DNA of 64,000 nucleotides from an uncultured virus (IMG/VR IMGVR_UViG_3300034198_023361) (lineage: Duplodnaviria > Heunggongvirae > Uroviricota > Caudoviricetes), in IMG/VR virus record IMGVR_UViG_3300034198_023361. One strand, given 5' to 3'. The notes below the pieces were generated by a model that was given only the letters and a program-made list of their open reading frames with translations, made no database searches and was not told the DNA's origin. How positions within the stretch are numbered: the stretch's first letter is position 1; each line of letters starts with the position of its first letter. Positions 56,172 to 64,000 of the stretch are shown piece by piece. Made by a program: the position numbers and the translations under genes.

Positions 56172-56178
56172 CCCGCAT

Positions 56179-56250
56179 TGCCTGATAGCACAATGGTAGT
56201 GCACGGCACTGTTAATGCTGGGGTTGTAGGTTCGAGTCCTACTCAGGCAG
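56179..56250 (+). tRNA. tRNA-Asn(GUU)
   Basis: TGCCTGA/TCAGGCA acceptor, loop CTGTTAA. Confidence 0.95.
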
Positions 56251-56264
56251 TTTGAAAGCGCGCT

Positions 56265-57710
56265 ATGGACAGCCTCTCAGCACTTGATCCGCTCTCGTGG
56301 GACCCGCAGTATTATCGCGAGCATCCCGCCTACGCCGCCGGCAACGCGCTCGGCTGGCTCTACCGCAGCGGCAACAAGCAGGCCGCCACAAGTTATCCGC
56401 TTGCTGGTCGGCTCTATCTCGCCAAATCTGGCTGGCTTTTGTTATCTGTACCGAATGCGCTCGTCCGCGGCGTATTTGACGCGTTAACCGAACCCGGCGT
56501 TGAATTACCGACTGCTGGCGTGTTTAACGTTCCAAACGTTAAGGGCGATCTGGTAAATGCGCATATATCAATCATGACGGCCGATGAGGTAGCATCTATC
56601 GGTGCTGACAAGATTAACGAGCGCGGCCACATGTTTGGCTACACGCTGGGCGGGCTGAAAGAAATCGACGTCAAAAACGTCAACGGTGTAAGCAAAGTTT
56701 GGGCAATTCAAGTTTCCGCCCCGGGACTTTCGGCGCTGCGAAAGAGTTACGGACTGTCGGCTCTTCCCAATGACGACCACCCGTTTCACATTACGGTCGC
56801 TGCCAGACGTAAAGGCGTCCTGCTCGACAACGGCAAGTCGAAGGGTTACGAAACCCCTGCCGAAACGACGGAAGGGCAGCGGTTTAGTAACCCCATCAGC
56901 AGGGGAGAGCTTAAAGCCGCCGCAGAACTTTCCCGCTCGGGACAAAACGACCTGTTACCGGGTGGAAAAGCCGATAATGTTCCCGATCGGGATTTTTCTG
57001 TACCAGCGTTAGCCGAAGGAGCTAAACATGAGCACGAACACACAAGAGACGATCAAATCGCCAAAGAAATTGCCAAGGATCATCTGCAAGAAGACCCGCT
57101 GTACTACGAAAAAATCGAAAAAATAGAGAAGGGCGCGGAAGAAGAACCCAAAGTTAAGAAACCGAACACTCTCGACGAGTTGCGTGCGGCGAAAACCCAC
57201 TCCGACCGCCGTGAATACGATCGCAAGCACGAGATCTTGCGGCGATTAATCTCGCAATCGCCGCAGGATTGGAACGTCGATGATCCTAAGCCGAAATACA
57301 AAGGCATTACGCACGGCCCGACCAAGTTTCGGTTTCATGCGCCCGCCGGAGTGATCGGTTCGCAGGTTAAAGCCGCTGACAATAGTGTGTATGCGCAGCA
57401 GTTCCGCAACTTACTCGATCTGCGAACGCCGTTTGTATACGACCACAACAAACCAGTGTTCGCAAACGTGACAGACCATCTGCTCAAGGCTAAACAGCGG
57501 GGTGATTTCATTCTGGCGTCGCGACAGAAGTCGCATTTGTATCGCTCGATGCTCGATCCGCAGTATAGATATCAAATGGCGCAAGCCGCCGCGACCGGAA
57601 CACTGCCGCAAATGAACATGTTCGATAAGGCAACACAGCTATACGGCAATGACATCTTTGACACCATTCAAAACTGGGGGAAAAACAATGGAAACGCCGC
57701 TGCTCGATAA
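56265..57710 (+). CDS. Polyprotein: 2H phosphoesterase, DUF5661-like and further modules
   Basis: HISI (56562) and HITV (56787); LLPGGKAD...EHEHT.D..IAKEIAKDHL.EDP.YY. Confidence 0.8.
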   Translation: MDSLSALDPLSWDPQYYREHPAYAAGNALGWLYRSGNKQAATSYPLAGRLYLAKSGWLLLSVPNALVRGVFDALTEPGVELPTAGVFNVPNVKGDLVNAHISIMTADEVASIGADKINERGHMFGYTLGGLKEIDVKNVNGVSKVWAIQVSAPGLSALRKSYGLSALPNDDHPFHITVAARRKGVLLDNGKSKGYETPAETTEGQRFSNPISRGELKAAAELSRSGQNDLLPGGKADNVPDRDFSVPALAEGAKHEHEHTRDDQIAKEIAKDHLQEDPLYYEKIEKIEKGAEEEPKVKKPNTLDELRAAKTHSDRREYDRKHEILRRLISQSPQDWNVDDPKPKYKGITHGPTKFRFHAPAGVIGSQVKAADNSVYAQQFRNLLDLRTPFVYDHNKPVFANVTDHLLKAKQRGDFILASRQKSHLYRSMLDPQYRYQMAQAAATGTLPQMNMFDKATQLYGNDIFDTIQNWGKNNGNAAAR

Positions 57711-57960
57711 ACTGACCGGTTGGATCTGGAAAAAAAAGACACCAGACGCGCCGCAACCAGCACCGCCGCCCACCCCGACTCCTGCGCCGACGCCGACTGT
57801 TGTGGATTACGTCAAAGCGTGGCGTTTGCTCAAAGAAATTCCTTTTCACAAGCTTGGGCGCGTTGTTAGCCTGAGCGGCGTGATTATTTTTTTCGCTATT
57901 AGCGGCGTGCTGGCGTGGCTGGCATTAGTTGCAAAATTTATGACAGGCATTGCCCGTTAA
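57688..57960 (+). CDS. Small membrane protein with Pro-rich linker
   Basis: PAPPPTPTPAP; C-terminal TM. Confidence 0.65.
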   Translation: METPLLDKLTGWIWKKKTPDAPQPAPPPTPTPAPTPTVVDYVKAWRLLKEIPFHKLGRVVSLSGVIIFFAISGVLAWLALVAKFMTGIAR

Positions 57961-59005
57961 ATTTATGACCGTAGCCCCAACTATTTACGAATGGCAGGCT
58001 GTTCCAGAGCGCGTCGCAACGCTCTTGCCGGTTGCGGTCCAGCTCAAAGTTGCGCACGAACAGACGGCGCTGAAATACGGTTTGCTGGCCACAACTGTGG
58101 CGACGTGGGAACCAGACGTGGGCCTTGTTACGCTGTATGCGCCCGCGTGCACGACAAAACAGGCGACCGACAACTATATCGCTGCAATGCGCGACGCCGG
58201 GTACAGTTCTGCTGTTGTAACATACGGGCCTGCAGCCCCAGATCCCGCAGAAGAGATTATCGTCAAGGTGGGCTCAATGATCCCGGGCCTGTCTACGGTC
58301 TGGAACACCGGCAACAAACTACTCGGCGGCCCGACGCCGTTATCAAACGGGTTAATGACGGGCCTGCTGGCTGGTGGTCTGGGTTACGGCGCCGGCGCAC
58401 TGGCAGAGCAGTTTTTCCCGGAACGCTATCTGGAGCGCGGGAAACTGCGCCGGACGCTCGGTCTGATGGGCGCGCTAAGCGGCGTAGGGCTTGCCGGGCT
58501 CAATTCATATGCAAACGCCAAGGCCATGCGGACGAGCATGTTGCGCGGGCTGCTTACAAATAACAAAACACCCGTCACGTATCCGTACGAAGAAGAGATG
58601 CTGAAAAAATCTTTTTCGCCGCCGGGCGGGCAGACTGGTGCGTTTTCAAACGAGCCGATGTTTGCGCCCACGGTGTCAGTGCCGCAGTTCAATAGTGCGG
58701 CGTGGCAGGATGTAAACATGGGTATGTACCGCGGATTTCAAAACCACACACCGCCGCAATTCGCAGCGGCAACTACTGGGCTAATGAGCGGAATCAGCAC
58801 AAACATGCGCTCGCCAATTATTCGTCCGGTTGACGTAATTAACGGTATTGCGTCTGCCGGAGTTGGGCTGGCCACAGCTACGGTGGCTGGCAAAGCTCTT
58901 TCTGCGCTGGCTGGGTTAACGCCGGCCGGCCAAGCTAAATTACAAGATATGGGCCTGTGGGGCGGGATGATGCACGCCATTGTCCCGAGCCTGTTTGGCC
59001 GATAA
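57950..59005 (+). CDS. Glycine-zipper modular protein
   Basis: GLLAGGLGYGAG; KVA/KQA/KVGS/KKS linkers. Confidence 0.7.
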   Translation: MPVKFMTVAPTIYEWQAVPERVATLLPVAVQLKVAHEQTALKYGLLATTVATWEPDVGLVTLYAPACTTKQATDNYIAAMRDAGYSSAVVTYGPAAPDPAEEIIVKVGSMIPGLSTVWNTGNKLLGGPTPLSNGLMTGLLAGGLGYGAGALAEQFFPERYLERGKLRRTLGLMGALSGVGLAGLNSYANAKAMRTSMLRGLLTNNKTPVTYPYEEEMLKKSFSPPGGQTGAFSNEPMFAPTVSVPQFNSAAWQDVNMGMYRGFQNHTPPQFAAATTGLMSGISTNMRSPIIRPVDVINGIASAGVGLATATVAGKALSALAGLTPAGQAKLQDMGLWGGMMHAIVPSLFGR

Positions 59006-59011
59006 CGCGTG

Positions 59012-59039
59012 TTGCATGTTATTTGCGGCCCGGTACAAT
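59012..59039 (+). promoter_or_regulatory. Sigma70-type promoter
   Basis: TTGCAT-N16-TACAAT. Confidence 0.5.
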
Positions 59040-59068
59040 ACGACCACGTCTTTTTTTTAGGAGAAGTT

Positions 59069-59440
59069 ATGGCTACCAAAAAAAGTGTTGAAACTGTTCG
59101 TGAAGAACTGCGAGTGCTCAATGCCGCTGCTGACGACGCCAACGTAGATTCAAACAACTGGCTGACACCCGAGTTTTGGACAATGGTGACTGTTGCTGTC
59201 ACAAACCTGATCGCCGTAGGTGTATTAATCGGCTGGGTCGACAGTACGCAGGCTGAAGTGCTGACAAAAGCGCTGACCGCCATTGTGGGAGCGACGCAGA
59301 TTGTTGTGCTCAATAGCGCGCTGGTCTGGAAATTTATCGCTAGCCGCACCGAGATTCGTGCGCAGATGATCGACGCGCGGTATCGCTACATGGAAGCGGT
59401 TGCCGTCGAGAAGATGCGCGCTGAACGGACGGCCAACTGA
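59069..59440 (+). CDS. Two-TM holin-like protein
   Basis: WLTPEFW then two TM helices; RBS AGGAG. Confidence 0.6.
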   Translation: MATKKSVETVREELRVLNAAADDANVDSNNWLTPEFWTMVTVAVTNLIAVGVLIGWVDSTQAEVLTKALTAIVGATQIVVLNSALVWKFIASRTEIRAQMIDARYRYMEAVAVEKMRAERTAN

Positions 59441-59844
59441 TGACTACAGAAGAACTGCAGCGCCGCGTGAACGAGTCGCCTGCGCTGGCAGCCCTGAGAG
59501 ACAGGCTCACGGACGAGCTTGTCGCTCAGGGTAACAACTCGTATCAGTTTGATCCGATCACCATCATCATGATTATTTCGATCTTGGTGCAGGTGATCAT
59601 TCACTGCAAAGAAAAGAATGCGGAAGACGCAATCCAGCAGAACATGCGCGAGTTACGAACGCTTCCTCCGCGCAAGCTGATGCGGCTTCGGCGGCGTTTA
59701 AACAACGTGTGGCGCGAGCATTGCGCGAAGACAGGCGTTGAATATACGGCTGATAATCCTGTAGTTCGCGCCGTCTATACGTTGAGTGATACAATTGATG
59801 ATGCCGCGGCTACTGGCCTCATGGAGTTGGCCGCCGCGCAATAA
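59440..59844 (+). CDS. Hypothetical protein (FDPITIIMIISILVQVIIHC)
   Basis: TGATG coupling. Confidence 0.75.
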   Translation: MTTEELQRRVNESPALAALRDRLTDELVAQGNNSYQFDPITIIMIISILVQVIIHCKEKNAEDAIQQNMRELRTLPPRKLMRLRRRLNNVWREHCAKTGVEYTADNPVVRAVYTLSDTIDDAAATGLMELAAAQ

Positions 59845-59864
59845 CATCTGCAAGGACGCGCACG

Positions 59865-60692
59865 ATGGCACGGAAGCCAACAAATCAAGCCAGCGAGTCT
59901 CATGTTCTGCCGATTAGCGAAATTTTGCGCCGGCTCCACACGCTGGGGTATTTCGGCGACAAAACGCTGGCGCAGGTCAAGAAACTCAAAGGCGCTGAAC
60001 TACAGAAAGCGGTTCGGGCGTTTCAGGAATTCAACGGCCTGAACCCGACGGGCACGGTCGGCCCCAAGACCGCGCACCGCATCAATCGCCGGCGCTGCGG
60101 GCTGCCTGATTTCAATATCACAGCTCCCGGCGGCGATCCGTGCAAATGGCCGATGCCGAACATCTCGTACTATCACGAGATTCATCTACCCGGGCTCACC
60201 ACGACTCAAGTAGCCGAAGCGTACGACATTGCGTTTTCGCAGTGGGCCGAGGTGTGTGCGATTGATCCGACGCGCGTTGATACGGCAAACAAAGCGAACA
60301 TTTATGCGCGCTCCGGCATGGGCAAAAAGAACGGTTTAGATAATAAAGGCGGCACGTTGGCGTGGAGTGAGCTGCCGTGCGGAGTTGCCGAGAATGTGCA
60401 GCTTGATCAAATGTTTGACGAAGCCGAAGACTGGTCATTCAACATGGCCGTTGCCGTTATCTGCCACGAACTTGGTCACGCGCTCGGGTTGCCGCATTTA
60501 AACGCCGGCAACCTGATGGCCCCCTACTACGATCCGAATGTTACAAAACCGAAAGAAGGCGACATCTCGGAGATCATCAAGCTGTACGGAAAACGCACAA
60601 AAGCGTATCCGATTACAAAAGATGCCGGATTACAAATTAATGGCACGATCCTTATCAATGGTCGTCCGTATGTACTTGTTCCAAAAACGTGA
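59865..60692 (+). CDS. Matrixin (M10) metalloprotease with PGBD-like prodomain
   Basis: AVRAFQEFNGLNPTG, RRCGLPD cysteine switch, HELGHALGLPH, LMAPYY Met-turn. Confidence 0.92.
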   Translation: MARKPTNQASESHVLPISEILRRLHTLGYFGDKTLAQVKKLKGAELQKAVRAFQEFNGLNPTGTVGPKTAHRINRRRCGLPDFNITAPGGDPCKWPMPNISYYHEIHLPGLTTTQVAEAYDIAFSQWAEVCAIDPTRVDTANKANIYARSGMGKKNGLDNKGGTLAWSELPCGVAENVQLDQMFDEAEDWSFNMAVAVICHELGHALGLPHLNAGNLMAPYYDPNVTKPKEGDISEIIKLYGKRTKAYPITKDAGLQINGTILINGRPYVLVPKT

Positions 60693-60727
60693 TAAAATAA
60701 ATACAACGCGCTAACACTGGAGGTATT

Positions 60728-61021
60728 ATGACAACGTTTCAGCTTTTATCCGCGGCGGTTTTTGCCGCCGTTTTACTCGTCGCGTATCGCAAAGAACTAC
60801 TGGCAAAACTGAAGGGCGTAAATACTAGCTCTTCGGTCGCCACGTCGAATGCGCCCACCGTTCACGACTCAATTGCCGTGCCGCTTGTGGACGACATTCT
60901 GGCCGTGACCCGCCTGCGTGACAAGCTGGCCGCCGAGGATTGCAAGGCTGGCGTTGAAGCCTGCACCGCGTTGCTGCGCGTGATTGTGGAGTACGAACAA
61001 CCGTCAAAGGGTGTTGTATGA
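60728..61021 (+). CDS. N-terminal TM protein
   Basis: RBS GGAGG. Confidence 0.75.
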   Translation: MTTFQLLSAAVFAAVLLVAYRKELLAKLKGVNTSSSVATSNAPTVHDSIAVPLVDDILAVTRLRDKLAAEDCKAGVEACTALLRVIVEYEQPSKGVV

Positions 61022-61446
61022 AAAAGATTGTTTGGGTTGCTGGTTTGCTGCTTTTGCTGTCGGTTGTATTTCCGAACGGTTTGTCGCTAACGAACCCCGT
61101 CAATACAAAACCACCCGGCGCAACAGACGCGAAGATTGTCGAGCTATTGTCGAAGGCCGACGCCGCCGACAAAGCGCGCGTCGAGGGCGTGTACAGCGGG
61201 CTGGTTTACGTTTTGAAGCGCGACAACGGCGGCCGCGTCACGACAACTGAAAAGTGGGAAGAAGTACAACAAAACACGCTTGATCTAGCGATTGAAACGG
61301 TCGGTAAGTACCCCGGGCTCGACGAAGCAATTGAGTCGGTGTTTTTAAAGGCCGTCGGTACCGATGACGTTATGCCGAACAACCCGGAAGTGCTCGCTAA
61401 ATTAATCGCGGCGTGCGAAACTATTGCTAACTCGGCCGCAAAGTAA
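61018..61446 (+). CDS. Secreted or anchored helical protein
   Basis: MKKIVWVAGLLLLLSV signal sequence. Confidence 0.75.
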   Translation: MKKIVWVAGLLLLLSVVFPNGLSLTNPVNTKPPGATDAKIVELLSKADAADKARVEGVYSGLVYVLKRDNGGRVTTTEKWEEVQQNTLDLAIETVGKYPGLDEAIESVFLKAVGTDDVMPNNPEVLAKLIAACETIANSAAK

Positions 61447-61464
61447 CAATGTCGGAGCGCCGCC

Positions 61465-62487
61465 ATGTCGACAGAGCATTTTTTTGACCACGTCTATGAT
61501 GTTGTGGCAGCGTATGAAACGGGCTTTGTGGGGGCGTACGCCAATCACGAAGCCGCCGCGGCGCTACGCGATCAGATTCAATCCGCCGGTGGTATCCCCG
61601 ACGGTGCCATGGCATGCTCGGCATTTAAACTCGAAGAAACTGGCAAAGGTAAATTAAGCTTGCCGTTTCTTGAAATTTTGAAGCTTTACCCGGATTCGCT
61701 TCCGGGCGGCGCACAGGGCCGCGGCGACTGCGTAAGTTGGTCGACCCGCAATGCCTGTCTTGGCACAATGTGCTGCGAGATTACTAGCGGCGTGCCAGAC
61801 CCCAACAGCAGTAAGCTAGAGGGCGCGCCGGAAGTAAGCGATACCGCGCGTTTAAACGGCGTGCTCAGCACGGAAGCGTTTTACAACTGGCGCCGGCACG
61901 GTGGCGACGGTTGGAGCTGTGCCGAAGCGGCCCAAGTTGCGCTTAACGACTCTGGCCTTTGGCTGCGAAAAAAGTACGACGAGATTGATGTCGATTTTAC
62001 GCAGTACAGCTCACGCAATGCCGGTATTTACGGTAGCAAAACACCGCCTGAGTCGTGGCGCAAGGTCGGCGAAAATCACCGCGTGCAGACTATCACGGAA
62101 GTCGAAACATACGAAGCACTGCGCGATTTACTTGCCAACGGTTACTGCATTAGTAGCTGCGGGAGTGAAGGATTTTCAGCAGATCGTGATACAAACGGCG
62201 TAAGTTCACGTCGTGGAAGTTGGGCCCATGCCCTTGCCTATCTGGCTGTCGACGACCGCGTAGAAATTATTAAACTCTACGGCGAGCCGCTTGTATTAGT
62301 TCAAAACAGCTGGGGCGCGTGGAATGGTGGAAGCCGCCGTATTTTTGGTACTGTCGTTGACATTCCTGTTGGCTCTTTCTGGGCTAAATGGTCTGATCTC
62401 AAAAATCGATACATGGTGGCGATCTCGGGAGTAAACGGCTGGCCGCCGAAGAAACTGGCCAGTTACGGCGCCCGCGGCCACATCTAA
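61465..62487 (+). CDS. Papain-like (C1) cysteine protease
   Basis: QGRGDCVSW, WAHAL, VQNSWG. Confidence 0.88.
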   Translation: MSTEHFFDHVYDVVAAYETGFVGAYANHEAAAALRDQIQSAGGIPDGAMACSAFKLEETGKGKLSLPFLEILKLYPDSLPGGAQGRGDCVSWSTRNACLGTMCCEITSGVPDPNSSKLEGAPEVSDTARLNGVLSTEAFYNWRRHGGDGWSCAEAAQVALNDSGLWLRKKYDEIDVDFTQYSSRNAGIYGSKTPPESWRKVGENHRVQTITEVETYEALRDLLANGYCISSCGSEGFSADRDTNGVSSRRGSWAHALAYLAVDDRVEIIKLYGEPLVLVQNSWGAWNGGSRRIFGTVVDIPVGSFWAKWSDLKNRYMVAISGVNGWPPKKLASYGARGHI

Positions 62488-62526
62488 TCAAGACGATTAA
62501 CACACCGACGGGTAGCGAGTAAAATT

Positions 62527-62883
62527 ATGTTTGAATGGCTTATGTTATTTTTTCCGGTGACATATGCAGAACCGCCCAAAAAAGACTATATCGGGATGGT
62601 CGCTGCAGAGGTTGCTTATTCTGCTCTGCTTCCTGATGCGCCGGTAGTTAAACCGCTGGTCGACACCAAGGATTGCAAGCGCTGCGGCGGTACCGGCAAG
62701 ATCCGCACCGGCGACACCATCAGCTGGACGGACTGCCCGGACTGCGAGCCAAAAGACGGCGCGCCAAAGGGAAACGTAAAAGAATCGGCGCCGCTGCCTT
62801 CGATGAAGCTGCAAGTTAAACCGCTTCCGCCGGTAAAAACAAGCGACTGCGAAAACGGCGTTTGTCCTATTCCTCGTACGTAA
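62527..62883 (+). CDS. Protein with DnaJ-type Zn finger
   Basis: CKRCGGTG...CPDC; C-terminal CENGVCP. Confidence 0.7.
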   Translation: MFEWLMLFFPVTYAEPPKKDYIGMVAAEVAYSALLPDAPVVKPLVDTKDCKRCGGTGKIRTGDTISWTDCPDCEPKDGAPKGNVKESAPLPSMKLQVKPLPPVKTSDCENGVCPIPRT

Positions 62884-62891
62884 GGTGTTGA

Positions 62892-63386
62892 ATGCCCGCC
62901 GCTCACGGATCGACCGGGAAGTGCTACAGCTATCGCGGTTTAAAATTTTACGCCAAAAACGGCTTTATCTGCCTTCATGACGAATCTACCGGCGAGTTTT
63001 ACGTTCTGACACGCCGAGAGTTTCTGCAGCGCGCGCAGGCGATTAGCGACGAGGCAAAACGCCTGCGAACGATTGCGGCTGACAACCCCGGCAAGGCCGC
63101 GTGGTTATCGGCAGACCGCGCCGAATTACAGCAGGCAATTGATAATATGGTTGCTGTTACAAAAGAAGCCAAAGAACAGGGCGATCGGGACGATCCTGCG
63201 GTAGACGCGTGGTTTATGCGACACCGCCCGGGCAGAAAGAGTAAGATATCGATGGCCAGCGGCGCTAATTTTACATCAGCGCTGCCGGGCGCGTTACCGC
63301 TTGGTAAGGATACCGGCAAGCACGTAACACCCGACTTCACTGTCGGGGCGCCAACCAAAAAACTTATTTTGCCCGGAGATTTCTGA
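62892..63386 (+). CDS. Hypothetical protein
   Basis: 164 aa, tightly packed. Confidence 0.7.
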   Translation: MPAAHGSTGKCYSYRGLKFYAKNGFICLHDESTGEFYVLTRREFLQRAQAISDEAKRLRTIAADNPGKAAWLSADRAELQQAIDNMVAVTKEAKEQGDRDDPAVDAWFMRHRPGRKSKISMASGANFTSALPGALPLGKDTGKHVTPDFTVGAPTKKLILPGDF

Positions 63387-63387
63387 C

Positions 63388-63747
63388 ATGGATGTCACCG
63401 AAAAAGAAGCATTTAAGCTGGGGTTTCTCCAACGTTGCGCGGAAGAACAATTGACAGGGCCCACGCTGGAATCGCGCATCAAGGCCGCGGAAGCTTTTGT
63501 AAAAGGCGCCGCGCTCCAGCTCCCCTCAATGTCTGATTCGTGGCAGGCGCTGGGTAACGTCGCGTACGCGCCGCTTATGCTGGCCACTGTTGGCGGCGGT
63601 CTAGCCGGGCATCTCGCCGGCAAGATGACGGAGCCAGACGTCGACGAAGAAGACCTGAAAGCCCGCGAACTGGCCGCTGCTTACAAAGCGTACGCGGCCC
63701 GAGCCAAGACCAACAAGAAGTTACGTCTCTACCGTCCAGAAAGGTAA
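63388..63747 (+). CDS. Glycine-zipper protein with K-x-A motifs
   Basis: EKEAFKLGFLQRCAE...VKGAA...GGGLAGHLAG. Confidence 0.7.
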   Translation: MDVTEKEAFKLGFLQRCAEEQLTGPTLESRIKAAEAFVKGAALQLPSMSDSWQALGNVAYAPLMLATVGGGLAGHLAGKMTEPDVDEEDLKARELAAAYKAYAARAKTNKKLRLYRPER

Positions 63748-63750
63748 TTT

Positions 63751-64000
63751 GTGAGCCTGCGCAAATATCACGGCGAACTTGGCGGCCCGCAGCACAATAA
63801 CGCGCAACTGAACTGGCCGGGAACCCTCGACGGGTTTCCTGTGCTGGGAAGCGGGCAGCGGCCGGATTTAAAGCAAGATGAACTGGAAAACATCGATATC
63901 CAGTATGACTTTAAATCTCACATGTTTGAGATGTGGGATCCGGCGCAGAAAGCAGAATTTGACAACATAAATGATAAGATAGTCAACGGTTGGTATCGGC
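63751..64000 (+). CDS. Hypothetical protein, runs off the window (MSLRKYHGELGG...)
   Basis: GTG 63751 after AAAGG; open to the window end. Confidence 0.65.
   Translation, partial: MSLRKYHGELGGPQHNNAQLNWPGTLDGFPVLGSGQRPDLKQDELENIDIQYDFKSHMFEMWDPAQKAEFDNINDKIVNGWYR

Overview
A 64 kb piece of a large tailed-phage (probably jumbo) genome. It is almost entirely + strand, densely coding and uses the standard genetic code. The host is possibly a planctomycete (inference only). Order: (1) 1-15.7 kb tail/adhesin genes (beta-solenoid repeat proteins with chaperone-like partners, collagen fibres, LamG/FN3 protein). (2) 15.7-18.5 kb thymidine kinase, small genes and a glycosyltransferase. (3) 18.5-31 kb small-gene region with 5 canonical tRNAs, one atypical tRNA, a tmRNA and several unexplained structured non-coding RNAs. 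It also holds short expression cassettes opened by a conserved CTAAA-N15-SGKYATAT promoter and closed by terminators ending in the inverse motif TTTAGCTAT. (4) 31.5-49 kb and 56-64 kb modular, probably virion-packaged proteins whose domains are separated by K-x-[A/S] motifs. These domains include Zn peptidase, acylphosphatase, RelA/SpoT-like synthetase, SNF2 helicase, ART-like, 2H phosphoesterase and glycine zippers, and several proteins share an (Y/F)EFG...K-x-A leader. (5) Auxiliary genes: PhoH, AlkB, HNH, GIY-YIG-like endonuclease, ferritin-like, dCMP deaminase, an actin-like ATPase module, holin-like proteins, tRNA-Asn, and trypsin, matrixin and papain proteases. The strongest novelty candidates are the K-x-A-segmented effector polyproteins, the unannotated large ncRNAs and the inverted-repeat-bounded cassettes. 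All assignments come from reading motifs and base-pairing by eye; no database search or folding software was run.
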